A stretch of DNA of 64,000 nucleotides from Methanocaldococcus sp. 16A (GTDB lineage Archaea > AGJL01 > Methanococci > Methanococcales > Methanocaldococcaceae), in NCBI GenBank assembly GCA_049860595.1, contig CP187551.1; one strand, given 5' to 3'. How positions within the stretch are numbered: position 1 is the first letter of the stretch; each line of letters opens with the position of its first letter. Below the pieces are notes generated by a model. It saw only the letters and a list, made by a program, of their open reading frames with translations. It had not been told where the DNA came from and did no database searches. A program made the position numbers and the translations under genes. Positions 52,809 through 63,810 of this stretch are shown here, piece by piece.

Positions 52809-53579
52809 CTAAATCTCAATGATTTTACCAACATGTCCATAAACAAAGTTATTTAATTGTGATAATTTTGTTAAAGCTTTAAATCCAGTGCAATGCATAG
52901 GCATAAACCAGAAGTTTTGGGATTTGAAATAATTAACAACTTTATTTAAATAGTTATCTGAAATATCTATTAAGTGAAAACCCCCTAAAACCCCTCTAAT
53001 TGTACTTAACTTTTTTCCATATTCAATTACATTAATAATCCCACTGTGAGAACATCCAGTTATCAAAATTCCTTTGGCTATCAAAAACATATCATCGTTT
53101 ATATTATCTTTTACTTTCTTCCCATCTCTAATACACTGAAATTCTTCCATCTCATATTCATGTTCCCTTTTGATATAACCTGAAACAATACTATCTTTAT
53201 CTATTCTATAAGGTTTTTCAATAAACACTAAATCAGCTTTTTTTAGCAAATAATCTTTTATTTCTTTGTCAATCCCTATATATCTATTACCGTAGTATTT
53301 ATCTAAGAATGCATCTTTGTGAGCTATAACCTTCCCATTAATTAAATCATTCTCTATGACATATTTTAGTCCATCGCAGTGGTCGTAATGCCCATGAGAT
53401 AAAACGATATAATCAAATCCTTCCTTTTCATTAAACAATTTTAGGTTTTCTCTCAAAGTTATTGGATTTTGACCAGCATCAAATAAAATTCTTTTATTAT
53501 TAACTTCTACTAAAGCTGAAAATCCATGTTGGGCAAAAAATTTTTTATAGGCCATGTTATCAACCAAAATTTTAATCAT
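52809..53579 (-). CDS. MBL-fold metallo-hydrolase (7,8-dihydropterin-type family)
   Basis: HGFS, LFDAG, SHGHYDH.DG, TGCSHSG, GGFHL and HCTG motifs. Confidence 0.85.
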   Translation of the reverse strand: MIKILVDNMAYKKFFAQHGFSALVEVNNKRILFDAGQNPITLRENLKLFNEKEGFDYIVLSHGHYDHCDGLKYVIENDLINGKVIAHKDAFLDKYYGNRYIGIDKEIKDYLLKKADLVFIEKPYRIDKDSIVSGYIKREHEYEMEEFQCIRDGKKVKDNINDDMFLIAKGILITGCSHSGIINVIEYGKKLSTIRGVLGGFHLIDISDNYLNKVVNYFKSQNFWFMPMHCTGFKALTKLSQLNNFVYGHVGKIIEI

Positions 53580-53657
53580 ATTTCCACCTAATAATATTTT
53601 ATTAGGAATAATTTCCCACTTATGTGGATAAATACTTTATGGTTTTTTGGTGAAATT

Positions 53658-54143
53658 ATGGATATAAATCTCAAAGAACTTAAAGAAAAAATTAAAGATT
53701 GGAAAAATAGAGAGTGGAGATGGAAAGGAAAAGGAAAAATTGAAATTAGATTTATTTGTTTAATTGAAAGAGCTGAAAGTTTTAAGGAATTGGTGGATAA
53801 TTTAGAGTTAATAATTTCTGAGTATGAAAAGATAAAAAAACTTATTGAAGATGAGGATATAAATGAAATTGCTAAGTTAAATTTATTCTGTGGTAATAAT
53901 GTCTATGAGGAGATGTTAAAAGACATTTTAAGTTCAAATAAGTTTATATCTTTAACTATAAGTTTTGATGAAAACATGGCTTATGTTAAATATATGGAAA
54001 GAGGAAAAGAAGAGATTTTAACATTAGATGGAAAATCAACTTATAAGGCTCTGCAAATATTAAAAAATAGATATGAAAACATTTTAAAAAAGCAGGTATC
54101 GATAATCGAGAACGCTATTCCTTTAACCATCCCATTTCAATAA
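53658..54143 (+). CDS. Hypothetical protein
   Basis: GGTGA SD before ATG 53658; no motif recognised. Confidence 0.6.
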   Translation: MDINLKELKEKIKDWKNREWRWKGKGKIEIRFICLIERAESFKELVDNLELIISEYEKIKKLIEDEDINEIAKLNLFCGNNVYEEMLKDILSSNKFISLTISFDENMAYVKYMERGKEEILTLDGKSTYKALQILKNRYENILKKQVSIIENAIPLTIPFQ

Positions 54144-55191
54144 TCTTATTATAAACTTTCTCACTTAACCATCCCTCAGTTATATATTTATCATAAACTG
54201 GCAATCTCATCTTTAACCTCAACCCTAATTCTTCAGTCCATTCTCTCAACTCTCTTATCTCTGGCCACTCAGCCTCTGGATTAACATAATCCCTTGTTAG
54301 TGGAGAAACTCCACCCCAATCATCAACTCCTGCCAATAAAAATAACTGTCCTGTCTCTCTATTTAAATTTGGAGGTATTTGGATGGAAATATCTTTTAAA
54401 ATCAACTTTGCCAAAATAATAACCTTTAACATTTTTATAGGAGAAGGTTCTTTATAATTTTCCATAGGAATGCCTTTCTTAGCTCTAAAGTTTTGAATTA
54501 TAACTTCTTGAATATGTTTATACCTTTCATGGATTTCTTTTATTTTAAAGAGAGAATCAACAATTTCCTCGTTAGTTTCTCCAATACCAATTAACAAACC
54601 AGTTGTAAATGGAATTTTTAACTTTCCAGCATTTTCAATCATCTCTATCCTTAACTTTGGATGCTTTCCAGGGCTGTGTTTGTGTGCTACTGTATTCATT
54701 AATCTCTCTGAAGCATTTTCTAACATCAAACCCATAGATGCATTAACTTCCTTAAGCATCTTTAACTCATCATAATTTAAGATTCCACAATTTGTATGAG
54801 GTAATAAAGAAGTATTATTTAAAGTCCATTCCTCTAAATCGTAGAGATATTCTAATATGTTATCATAACCCATAGATTTTAACTGCTCTTTAATATCCTT
54901 ATTCTCATCCACATGTTCCCCAAATGTAAATAAAGCCTCTCTACAACCTAACTTATCTCCCTTTAATAAAATTTCTTTAACTTCATTTGGTTTCATTAAA
55001 CTTGGTTTATCTTCTCTAAAAATGCAGTATCCACATTTATTTCTGCACCACTTTGATAGTGGAATGAAGACATTTTTTGAGTAAGTTATATATTCTCTCT
55101 TAAATAAATTGTTAATTTGAGTTAATTTATCTAATATCTCTTCATAAGATGTAGAATTAAGGAAGTTAATAGCCTCTTCTCTACTTATCAT
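54115..55191 (-). CDS. cofG: 7,8-didemethyl-8-hydroxy-5-deazariboflavin (FO) synthase subunit CofG
   Basis: [32 protein letters not shown] and DWGGVSP motifs. Confidence 0.95.
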   Translation of the reverse strand: MISREEAINFLNSTSYEEILDKLTQINNLFKREYITYSKNVFIPLSKWCRNKCGYCIFREDKPSLMKPNEVKEILLKGDKLGCREALFTFGEHVDENKDIKEQLKSMGYDNILEYLYDLEEWTLNNTSLLPHTNCGILNYDELKMLKEVNASMGLMLENASERLMNTVAHKHSPGKHPKLRIEMIENAGKLKIPFTTGLLIGIGETNEEIVDSLFKIKEIHERYKHIQEVIIQNFRAKKGIPMENYKEPSPIKMLKVIILAKLILKDISIQIPPNLNRETGQLFLLAGVDDWGGVSPLTRDYVNPEAEWPEIRELREWTEELGLRLKMRLPVYDKYITEGWLSEKVYNKIIEMGWLKE

Positions 55192-55217
55192 TTTATCTCA
55201 CCTTCAATAAAGAAAAT

Positions 55218-55286
55218 TATAGTTTTGTGCAAAATAAATTAAGCTCTATATGGAAAAAGTGCAAATGTCCTATTTAAATAAACTAT
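55218..55286. repeat. Palindromic MITE-like repeat, family 2 (shortened)
   Basis: TATAGTTTTGTGCAAAATAAA matches the left end of the copy at 17828. Confidence 0.55.
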
Positions 55287-55429
55287 GAACAAACATATAT
55301 ATACAGAGAGCAATATATAAAATAAATACTTTAATAACACAAAAATCTATGTTTTTGAAACACTCATCTTTAATAAAATCTCATAAAACTATTAACATCA
55401 AAACACAAAAAAGTAAAAAGGTGATACTA

Positions 55430-55735
55430 ATGACAGAACAACAAGAACAGCAAATTAGAGTAAGAATTCCAAAAAAAGAAGAAAATGAGATTTTAGGTAT
55501 TATAGAGCAAATGTTAGGGGCTAGTAGAGTTAGAGTTAGATGTTTAGATGGAAAAACAAGATTAGGAAGAATTCCAGGAAGATTAAAGAATAGAATTTGG
55601 GTTAGAGAGGGAGATATCGTTATTGTAAAACCATGGGAAGTTCAAGGAGACCAAAAGTGCGATATCATTTGGAGATACACAAAAACACAAGTTGAATGGC
55701 TTAAAAGGAAAGGGTACTTAGATGAGTTATTATAA
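55430..55735 (+). CDS. eif1a: Translation initiation factor aIF-1A
   Basis: LG..R..V.C.DG..R..RIPG and WVREGD.V.V.PW motifs; ATG 55430 after AGGTGA. Confidence 0.95.
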   Translation: MTEQQEQQIRVRIPKKEENEILGIIEQMLGASRVRVRCLDGKTRLGRIPGRLKNRIWVREGDIVIVKPWEVQGDQKCDIIWRYTKTQVEWLKRKGYLDELL

Positions 55736-55737
55736 AG

Positions 55738-56595
55738 GTGATGGATATAGCTAAAAACATTGAAAATATTTATGAAGAGATGAATAAATTATTAACTGAA
55801 AAGGAAGAATTTCAATTGGATAAAGAATACCAAAAAGAAATTTTAGAAAAAGAAAAGAAGTTTTTAGAAGATTTAAAGACTGCTAATGAAGTTTTTGATA
55901 AAAGAACTTTAATGACTCTATTTAGTTTATTGGCTGGAAAACATTTAACGGAATATATAGGGATAGTTAATTCTGGAAAAGAGGCGGTTGTATTTAAAGC
56001 ACGAAAAGGAAAGTTTTACAGAGCTGTTAAAGTTTATAGAGTTGCTACATGCGATTTTAAAACAATGAGCAAATACATACAAGGAGACCCAAGATTTCAT
56101 TTAAGAAAGAGTAGTAGAAGGCAGATAATCCATGCATGGGTTGAAAAAGAATTTAGAAATTTAAGAAGGGCTTCTGAAATTATCAATGCCCCAAAGGCAA
56201 GGTTAAGGAGAGAAAACGTATTAGTTATGGATTTTGTTGGTTATAGAGGAATTCCTGCTCCTAAATTAAAAGATATGCAAGATTTAGATTGGGAGAGATA
56301 TTTTAAAATCATAAAAGAGAGTATGAAAAAACTTTATGAAGAGGGAGAATTGGTTCATGGAGATTTAAGTGAATACAACATATTAGTTAAAGATGATGAA
56401 CCTGTGTTTATAGATTTTTCTCAGAGTGTTATAACTCAACATCCCTTAGCTCATCCTCTATTAATTAGGGATTGCATAAATATATGCAATTTCTTTAGAA
56501 GAAAGAAAGTAGATTGTAATTATAAGGAGCTGTATAGATACATCACTGGAAAAGAGATTGACCCAATTGACGAAGCGATGATTAAGCAATTGTAA
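55738..56595 (+). CDS. rio1: Serine/threonine kinase Rio1
   Basis: SGKEA.V, AVKVY, KEFRNL, VHGDLSEYN and IDFSQ motifs. Confidence 0.93.
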   Translation: MMDIAKNIENIYEEMNKLLTEKEEFQLDKEYQKEILEKEKKFLEDLKTANEVFDKRTLMTLFSLLAGKHLTEYIGIVNSGKEAVVFKARKGKFYRAVKVYRVATCDFKTMSKYIQGDPRFHLRKSSRRQIIHAWVEKEFRNLRRASEIINAPKARLRRENVLVMDFVGYRGIPAPKLKDMQDLDWERYFKIIKESMKKLYEEGELVHGDLSEYNILVKDDEPVFIDFSQSVITQHPLAHPLLIRDCINICNFFRRKKVDCNYKELYRYITGKEIDPIDEAMIKQL

Positions 56596-56643
56596 ATAAG
56601 AATTTCTCTTATTCTAATATATTTATTCCTGCAAAAGTCCTAT
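56596..56643. repeat. Truncated MJRE-like family-1 end
   Basis: ATTTATTCCTGCAAAAGTCCTAT. Confidence 0.6.
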
Positions 56644-56681
56644 TTAATTTTAATCTTAATTTTTATTTTTTGGTGATAAAA

Positions 56682-57332
56682 ATGGTGTTTGGAAATATTG
56701 GACAAGATAAAAATATTGAGATTTTAAAAATTCCAAGAGAAAGAGTTGGAGTTTTAATAGGAAAAAAAGGAAATGTTAAAAAAACCATTGAAAAAGAGTT
56801 GGGAGTTAAGTTAGAGATTGACGAAGATGGAACTGTAACCATTTATGGAACTGATAAGCAGAAAGACCCTTTAGCTGTTTGGAAAGCGAAAGATATAGTT
56901 AGAGCTATTGGTAGAGGGTTTAATCCAGAAATTGCTCTAAAATTAGTTAGTGATGAATATATTTTAGAAGTTATTGATATTGAAGATTATACAAGCTCTG
57001 AAAATGGTGTAAGAAGATTAAAAGGAAGAGTAATTGGTAAAGAAGGAAAGTCAAGGAGGTATATAGAGGAGCTAACAGGAGCAAACGTATCTGTTTATGG
57101 GAAAACAGTTGCAATAGTTGGAGAGCATGAACCAGTTCAAATAGCTAAGGAAGCTGTTGAAATGCTTTTAAGAGGAGCTTCACATGCAAAAACTTTTAAG
57201 TTTTTAGAAAGAGAGAGACAAAAAATTAAAAGGACTAAATTTGAGTTATGGAAGAAGAAAAGTGAAGTTGATGAGTTATATGAAAAGATGAATCCAAATT
57301 ATGATGATGTTGAAGAAGAGGAAGAAGAATAA
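56682..57332 (+). CDS. KH-domain rRNA processing protein (Dim2/Pno1/Krr1-like)
   Basis: IP..RVGVLIG..G, AIGRGF.PE and GRVIGKEG motifs; eif1a-rio1-KH synteny. Confidence 0.9.
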   Translation: MVFGNIGQDKNIEILKIPRERVGVLIGKKGNVKKTIEKELGVKLEIDEDGTVTIYGTDKQKDPLAVWKAKDIVRAIGRGFNPEIALKLVSDEYILEVIDIEDYTSSENGVRRLKGRVIGKEGKSRRYIEELTGANVSVYGKTVAIVGEHEPVQIAKEAVEMLLRGASHAKTFKFLERERQKIKRTKFELWKKKSEVDELYEKMNPNYDDVEEEEEE

Positions 57333-57348
57333 AATTTTGGTGATGGAT

Positions 57349-58005
57349 ATGCACATTGTAGGGGTTTTAGACATTGCCAAAGATATATTAAAGGCAAATA
57401 AAAGATTGGCTGATAAAAATAGAAAACTCTTAGATAAACATGGAGTTGTTGCTTTTGACTTCATGGGAGCCATAGGTAGTGGAAAAACCTTATTAATTGA
57501 AAAATTAATTGATAATTTAAAAGATAAATATAGAATTGCCTGTATTGCTGGGGATGTTATAGCAAAATTTGACGCTGAAAGAATGGAAAAGCATGGAGCC
57601 AAGGTTGTTCCTTTAAATACAGGTAAAGAATGTCACTTAGATGCTCATTTAGTAGGACATGCCTTAGAGGATTTAAACTTAGAAGAAATTGATTTGTTAT
57701 TTATAGAGAACGTTGGAAATTTAATCTGTCCAGCAGATTTTGATTTGGGAACTCATAAAAGAATTGTCGTTGTATCCACAACTGAAGGAGATGATACAAT
57801 AGAAAAACATCCTGGAATTATGAAAACAGCTGATTTAATAATAATCAATAAAATTGATTTGGCAGAAGCGGTTGGAGCTGACATAAATAAAATGAAAAAT
57901 GATGCTAAAAAAATAAATCCTGAAGCAGAAGTTGTTTTATTAAGTTTAAAGACAATGGAAGGATTTGATAAGGTTTTAGAGTTTATTGAGAAGAGTGTTA
58001 AATAG
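57349..58005 (+). CDS. hypB: Hydrogenase nickel incorporation GTPase HypB
   Basis: GAIGSGKT, ECHLDAH, ENVGNLICP and NKIDL motifs. Confidence 0.95.
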   Translation: MHIVGVLDIAKDILKANKRLADKNRKLLDKHGVVAFDFMGAIGSGKTLLIEKLIDNLKDKYRIACIAGDVIAKFDAERMEKHGAKVVPLNTGKECHLDAHLVGHALEDLNLEEIDLLFIENVGNLICPADFDLGTHKRIVVVSTTEGDDTIEKHPGIMKTADLIIINKIDLAEAVGADINKMKNDAKKINPEAEVVLLSLKTMEGFDKVLEFIEKSVK

Positions 58006-58086
58006 GATTTTCGCAGGAATAAATTTTTTATTGAATATAGATACCTAAAGGAGTCAAAATTCCAAATTTAATATATAAAAGTCCTA
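58003..58086. repeat. MJRE-like family-1 copy filling the gap between two convergent genes
   Basis: TAGGATTTTCGCAGGAATAAAT...GATACCTAAAGGAGTC...AAAAGTCCTA. Confidence 0.8.
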
Positions 58087-58869
58087 ATAAAGCATAACCA
58101 ATCCCATTATTCCTAATATAGCACTAAGTATAATTCTTAGATATTTTGGAGAAATTTTCTGATTTATCATTATGCCCAATTTTGAAGAATATATTATTGG
58201 AATTGCTATAATTAGAGCTATTGGAATTGATACATATCCAATATTGTAAATATAGCTTTTTGTATCAGCCATTAAATATGAGACAAGCCCACCAACTGAA
58301 GTTAAAGGAATTACTCCTACAGAGATTGCAACAGCTCTTTTTACAGGATATTTTGCCATTGCTAAAATTGGAATTATAACAATTCCCCCACCAATACCAA
58401 ATAAGCCAGATAAGAAACCAGTAATAACTCCACAAAAAACAAAATGAGCTAAGTTATCGTCTCTCTCAGAAATTTTGTCAATATGATGCGATTTTGTTAA
58501 ATATACTGCAGTTGATATTAAAAAAATCCCGAATATCTTTTTTAAAATATAAGAGTCAATATAATTAACCACTAAAAACCCACTAAAGTATGAAAAAATT
58601 AAGCTAATAGTTCCAATTATTATTGATGCCTTCCAATTTATATTTTTAATTTTTGCATGCCTAAATATTGATATTATTGAGTTTATAAATACAACAAATA
58701 ATGATGTTCCTATAGCAAATTTTATTCCATTTGGAATGCCAAAATAATCAAAAATAAATGTTAAAATTGGAGCTACTAAAAATCCCCCGCCAATCCCAAA
58801 TAAACTTCCTAATATTCCTATAATAAATCCCACAGATATAAGCAAAGGTAAAAAGATTATAAATTTCAT
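58084..58869 (-). CDS. Sulfite exporter TauE/SafE family membrane protein
   Basis: Duplicated G..S.LFGIGGG...P motifs; AIGTSL. Confidence 0.88.
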   Translation of the reverse strand: MKFIIFLPLLISVGFIIGILGSLFGIGGGFLVAPILTFIFDYFGIPNGIKFAIGTSLFVVFINSIISIFRHAKIKNINWKASIIIGTISLIFSYFSGFLVVNYIDSYILKKIFGIFLISTAVYLTKSHHIDKISERDDNLAHFVFCGVITGFLSGLFGIGGGIVIIPILAMAKYPVKRAVAISVGVIPLTSVGGLVSYLMADTKSYIYNIGYVSIPIALIIAIPIIYSSKLGIMINQKISPKYLRIILSAILGIMGLVMLY

Positions 58870-58895
58870 TTAATCACCAAAATTTAAATTAAGTT

Positions 58896-59711
58896 TTATA
58901 CACCCATAACCGTTCTAAATAAATTCCTAAGCCCTGGAGCTAATCCAAGAGCCATTATACAGAGTTTTATAATATTTTTTATATTTTTATCTTCAACTTC
59001 TCTATTTAAAATATAGAGGGCTAATAAAACTACTAAAAGTTTAAAAGGGATGAAAGAATAAACTCCAAAAGTTTCCATTAACAATCTTGGAATTGGATGT
59101 TGTTCCCAATAACCATAAATACCAATCCCAACAGTTGTGGCTGATGCATCAATTAACTGCCCTATTATAACATAATGGTCAATTTTTGATGTTAAAATAT
59201 TCAAGTTTAATTTTTTATCTAAAAATTTAATTAAATAATAAAATGCCCCTACCAAAATTATAACATATAATATTGCTTCTAAATGAACTACATGCTGTAA
59301 AAATATAATAAAAAAGTATAACAATGGAATCAATCCAACAATTGCAGATACTTTATAATAATTCTCTTTAAATATCAATCCAGTAGTTAAAATAGTCAAT
59401 ATAAAAAATCCACCAATTAGAAATACAATTCCTGGAGTTATTGTTAAAAAAGTCCTTTCTATATATCCACAATCAACTAAAGCTCTCATTAAAGCAATTA
59501 AAACAGTAAAAACAATCCCTGGAATTGCAAATTTTTCATCAATATTTATATTTAACTTTCTTAGAGCTTTATAAAATAAATACAGAGCCAAAGCTAAGAT
59601 AATTCCATAAGTTATTTCTTGGATTAAGTTGTAGCCAGTTCCCTTCTCAGCTGGTTCAATATAATACTTATAAATAAAATTTTTTATTTCCTGAATCATC
59701 ATTCCCCTCAA
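58896..59711 (-). CDS. DUF63 family membrane protein
   Basis: GYN...TYG, RAL.D, ITPG, DA.AT..G, Y.EQH and GLAPG.R motifs. Confidence 0.85.
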   Translation of the reverse strand: MRGMMIQEIKNFIYKYYIEPAEKGTGYNLIQEITYGIILALALYLFYKALRKLNINIDEKFAIPGIVFTVLIALMRALVDCGYIERTFLTITPGIVFLIGGFFILTILTTGLIFKENYYKVSAIVGLIPLLYFFIIFLQHVVHLEAILYVIILVGAFYYLIKFLDKKLNLNILTSKIDHYVIIGQLIDASATTVGIGIYGYWEQHPIPRLLMETFGVYSFIPFKLLVVLLALYILNREVEDKNIKNIIKLCIMALGLAPGLRNLFRTVMGV

Positions 59712-59724
59712 ATGATTTTATTAA

Positions 59725-59837
59725 TTGGACATTCTCAGTTTATATATTAAATTTAGAATTTTGATACCTTTAGGTGTCTATATTCAATCATAATATATTT
59801 ATTTCTTTATAATATATTTATTTCTTTGAAAGTCATA
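59725..59837. repeat. Degenerate MJRE-like family-1 copy with an internal 19-bp tandem duplication
   Basis: Similar to the reverse complement of 58003-58086 (GATACCTTTAGGTGTC hairpin); ATAATATATTTATTTCTTT occurs twice. Confidence 0.65.
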
Positions 59838-60983
59838 TTATAAAGTTAGATAAAACACCTTTGTCATTAAACCACCAAACATAACATTAAATTCATCTCT
59901 AATCTCAAAGTTATTCTTTATTACTGCTTCTCTAAACATCTTATCTTCTGCAGTTATAACTACCAGCCGAGAAGAACCATGCATAACTTTTTTTGATGAT
60001 AATAAAAATTCAGCATATAGTTTTTTAATCATTCTTTTATTACCCATTCTTATACCATAAGGTGGATTTGCTATAATAACATCAACACTATTAAATCTCT
60101 CATGCAGTTTTGTAGCATCCCCACAAATAAAATCAATAGTATCTAAAACCTCAGCGTTTTTGGCATTTTCTTTAGCTCCATTTAAATATTTTTGATTTTT
60201 ATCCAATCCAATTATCTTATAGTTATTTTTATTCTCAACAATCTCTTTTTTTATTTTATTTAAAAGCTCATAACCAAAAATATCAACAAACTTAAACCCA
60301 TATTTTTCCTCTCTAAACTTTCCTGGTGGAATGTTTCTTTTTATTAAAGCTCCTTCTATTGGAATAGTCCCACTTCCACACATTGGGTCTAATAACATCT
60401 CATCATCTTTCCAATCACTTAAATAAATTAATGATGCTGCTATAGTGGCATTCAAATGTGCAGGGTGATTAAAGACTCTATATCCTCTCTTATCTAATGC
60501 TGTATCTCCCGTTGTATCAATTCCAATAATTAGCTCATCAAATATAACCTCAACCCTAACAATAACATCTGGTTCATCTAAATTAACTTTAAGCCTAACA
60601 TTTTTATCTTTTTGATATGATTTTATTAAAGCTTCTCCAGCAACTCTTCCAATATCTATTGATGTAAAGTTATGTTCTCCAGCTCTTAATGGGCGAATAG
60701 CAAAAGCCTGCTCTTCTCTAATCCATTTAGTCCAATCAATATTATAAACTCTCTCATAAATATCATCTAAGGATATGTTTGGAATTTCTTCCTTATATAG
60801 TAAGATATTTAACCTCTCTATAGTTCTTGAAAGGTAGTTAATTTTAGGAATCAGTTCTAAATCACCACTAAAAAATATTCTGCCTTTGTTTTCTCTAATC
60901 TCTTTAATTTTTCCTCCAAAAGATACAATTTCATTTTTTGATATCTTTTCAAGCCCTGGGGATAGTGTAACATAGTAATCCAT
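59838..60983 (-). CDS. trm14: tRNA (guanine(6)-N2)-methyltransferase, THUMP domain
   Basis: THUMP domain, L.KRGYRV..HPA.L, DPMCGSGTI and NPPYG motifs. Confidence 0.88.
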   Translation of the reverse strand: MDYYVTLSPGLEKISKNEIVSFGGKIKEIRENKGRIFFSGDLELIPKINYLSRTIERLNILLYKEEIPNISLDDIYERVYNIDWTKWIREEQAFAIRPLRAGEHNFTSIDIGRVAGEALIKSYQKDKNVRLKVNLDEPDVIVRVEVIFDELIIGIDTTGDTALDKRGYRVFNHPAHLNATIAASLIYLSDWKDDEMLLDPMCGSGTIPIEGALIKRNIPPGKFREEKYGFKFVDIFGYELLNKIKKEIVENKNNYKIIGLDKNQKYLNGAKENAKNAEVLDTIDFICGDATKLHERFNSVDVIIANPPYGIRMGNKRMIKKLYAEFLLSSKKVMHGSSRLVVITAEDKMFREAVIKNNFEIRDEFNVMFGGLMTKVFYLTL

Positions 60984-61082
60984 AAAAATCCCTCTTTTTT
61001 ATTTTAATTATTTTAATAGTAGAATTTTTTATATTGGTTATGTGATAAAATTATTAGTGATAAACATTGTAAGGTGAACTAA

Positions 61083-61322
61083 ATGGAAATCATACACTAC
61101 ATAGTTATAATAATGACATTGTTATCAAGTTTAGCTTCCCTCTTACAAAAAGATTTAATTAAATGTATTATACTATCTGGCTTTGCTGGTTTGTGTATGG
61201 CTTATTTATACTATGCATTATTAGCCCCAGATGTAGCTTTAACAGAGGCAATTTTAGGAGGAGCTATTTTACCAGCATTATTTGCCTTCACAGTTAGAAG
61301 AACTCAAAGAATAGATGAATAA
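61083..61322 (+). CDS. DUF4040 / MnhB-like small membrane protein (EhbD-like energy-converting hydrogenase subunit)
   Basis: LLAPDVALTEAI.G motif. Confidence 0.75.
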   Translation: MEIIHYIVIIMTLLSSLASLLQKDLIKCIILSGFAGLCMAYLYYALLAPDVALTEAILGGAILPALFAFTVRRTQRIDE

Positions 61323-61325
61323 TTA

Positions 61326-61345
61326 TAGGACTTTCGCAGGAATAA
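61326..61345. repeat. Truncated MJRE-like family-1 left end
   Basis: TAGGACTTTCGCAGGAATAA. Confidence 0.7.
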
Positions 61346-61418
61346 CTAAAATTTTTATTATCAATAATTTGAAATTTTTAATAAAAATATACAGAACAAA
61401 TTAAAGTGTTGTGATAAA

Positions 61419-63392
61419 ATGATGACTTTTGAAATAAAACACAGGGATGCAATGGGAAGAATTGGAATCTTAAACATAAATGGAAAGAAAATTGAAACTC
61501 CCACAATAATGCCTGTTATTCACCCAAATCCAAAAAAACAGATTGTATCAATGGATTTAATAAATAAATTGGCAGATGTTATTATTACAAACTCATACAT
61601 AACCTATAGAACAAAACATTTAAGAGAGATTGCTGAAGAAAAAGGGATTCACAAATTAATTGGCTTTGATAAAGTAATTGTTACAGATAGTGGTTCTTTT
61701 CAGTTGGGAGTTTATGGAGACGTTGAAGTTGAGCCATTAGAAATTGTAGAGTTTCAAGAAAGGATTGGGGTGGATGTAGGAACAATATTAGACATCCCCA
61801 CTCCACCAGATGTTGATAGAGAAAGAGCTGAGAAAGAATTGGAAGAAACTTTAAAGAGGGCTAAAGCATCAATAGAATTGAAAAAAGAGAAAGAATTTAA
61901 ATTATTATTAAATGGAACTGTTCAAGGTTCAACCTATTTAGATTTGAGGCAAAAATCTGCTAAAGATATGGCTAAGTTGGGCTTTGATATATACCCAATT
62001 GGAGCTGTTGTTCCATTGATGGAACAATACAGATACAGAGATGTTGCTGAAATCATAATAAACTCAAAGATGTATCTACCTACAAACAAGCCAGTACATT
62101 TATTTGGTTGTGGGCATCCAATGTTCTTTGCTTTGGCTGTTGCTTTAGGATGTGATTTGTTTGATTCTGCTGCTTATGCTTTATATGCTAAAGATGATAG
62201 ATACTTAACTGAGAGAGGAACCTTACACTTAGAAGAGATTAAAGATTTAAAGGCATTCCCTTGTTCCTGTCCTGTTTGCTCATCTTATACACCAAAAGAA
62301 TTAAGCAGTTTAAATAAAAAAGATAGAGAAAGATTATTGGCAGAACATAATTTATATGTAACTTTTGAAGAGATAAATAGAATAAAACAGGCAATAAGAG
62401 ATGGGAGCTTATGGGAGTTAGTTGAAGAGAGATGTAGATGCCATCCAAAACTTTTAGAGGGCTATAGAGTTGTTAGGAAGTATATGGATTATATAGAGAA
62501 ATTCGACCCAGTAACTAAAAAATCTGCTTTCTTCTATAGTGGCATTGAATCAATGTTTAGACCAGAGGTTTTGAGGCATAAGAAGAGATTAAAGAGAATA
62601 AAATATAATAAAGTTTATATAACAACCATTTCAAGCTCTGTAGATAAGCCATATCATGAAAATTTAAATGTAGTTGAAACAGATGTAGATATTTTAATTA
62701 AAAATCCAGTATTTGGGTTTATTCCATATTATGTAGATACTATCTACCCATTATCCCAACATGAAATTCCTGAACTTTTTGATTATGAAAAAGAAATAAA
62801 CAAGAGGTTTGTTGATGAATTTATTGATTGGTTAAAGAAAAAAGTTGGAGAAGACAATATATTAGATATAATGACTTACAACTACTACATAAATTATTTC
62901 TCTGCTACAAAAAAAATCAATACTGATGCTTTAAGGATTAGGAAGATGTTACAGTATCAATATGGTTTTGACATAATTGATGATGAGCTAATGAATAAAA
63001 TAAAGGTTGTTAGAAGTAAAACCACAGGTAGATTAAGGCAGGTTTTAGATGAAAATGGAGAAATTTTATTCTCAATTAGAAGTAACGACAATCTTTTAAT
63101 ACCTTCTGAAAAAGGAGCTAAATTGTTGTGGAAAAAGATTCCTTTCCCAAAATATAGAGTTGTTGTAAATAAAGAGGCTGAAAAATTTGCAAGAGAAGGT
63201 AGAAATGTATTTGCTAAATTTGTTATTGATTGTGATGAAGAACTAAGACCTTATGAAGAAGTTTTGGTCGTTAATGAAAATGATGAACTCTTAGCTTATG
63301 GAACAGTTATATTAAATGGCATTGAGTTGAAAGAATTTGATTATGGATTGGCTGTTAAAGTTAGGGGTGGTATAAAAGATGGCAACATGTAA
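61419..63392 (+). CDS. tgtA: Archaeosine tRNA-guanine(15) transglycosylase
   Basis: TDSGSFQL, LDIPTPP, HLFG.GHP, FDSAAY and C.CP.C zinc site; C-terminal PUA domain. Confidence 0.95.
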   Translation: MMTFEIKHRDAMGRIGILNINGKKIETPTIMPVIHPNPKKQIVSMDLINKLADVIITNSYITYRTKHLREIAEEKGIHKLIGFDKVIVTDSGSFQLGVYGDVEVEPLEIVEFQERIGVDVGTILDIPTPPDVDRERAEKELEETLKRAKASIELKKEKEFKLLLNGTVQGSTYLDLRQKSAKDMAKLGFDIYPIGAVVPLMEQYRYRDVAEIIINSKMYLPTNKPVHLFGCGHPMFFALAVALGCDLFDSAAYALYAKDDRYLTERGTLHLEEIKDLKAFPCSCPVCSSYTPKELSSLNKKDRERLLAEHNLYVTFEEINRIKQAIRDGSLWELVEERCRCHPKLLEGYRVVRKYMDYIEKFDPVTKKSAFFYSGIESMFRPEVLRHKKRLKRIKYNKVYITTISSSVDKPYHENLNVVETDVDILIKNPVFGFIPYYVDTIYPLSQHEIPELFDYEKEINKRFVDEFIDWLKKKVGEDNILDIMTYNYYINYFSATKKINTDALRIRKMLQYQYGFDIIDDELMNKIKVVRSKTTGRLRQVLDENGEILFSIRSNDNLLIPSEKGAKLLWKKIPFPKYRVVVNKEAEKFAREGRNVFAKFVIDCDEELRPYEEVLVVNENDELLAYGTVILNGIELKEFDYGLAVKVRGGIKDGNM

Positions 63393-63699
63393 TGTATTCG
63401 CTTATGGAGAGTTAATGAAAAAAGAGAGATTATTGGAATTGATAAATAGAGTGCCAAAGATGATTAAAAGTAGAGTGTATGGCTATGAAAAGTTTTTTGA
63501 TGAAACAATTGGATATTATGGAGCTAGGAAAAAAGAAAATAGTTATATTGATGGTATTATATTATTAGATATTACTGATAACGAATTAGAAATTTTTGAT
63601 GATTATGAAGATTTAAATGTTTATTACATTAGAGAGAAAACCGTTGCATTAGATGAAAATGGAAAGAAATATGATGTTTATATTTATTTAAGGATATAG
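63379..63699 (+). CDS. Gamma-glutamylcyclotransferase (AIG2-like) family protein
   Basis: VFAYG.LM and D.YE....Y.R motifs. Confidence 0.8.
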   Translation: MATCNVFAYGELMKKERLLELINRVPKMIKSRVYGYEKFFDETIGYYGARKKENSYIDGIILLDITDNELEIFDDYEDLNVYYIREKTVALDENGKKYDVYIYLRI

Positions 63700-63810
63700 G
63701 TGAATTTTTATAGATGTAAAAAAGATGTAGAAAATTTAGTTTGTATATAGCTAAAAAACACTAAAACTTTAAGGTGGTAATGAATCAGGAAAAATAAGGA
63801 GCTGTTATAT

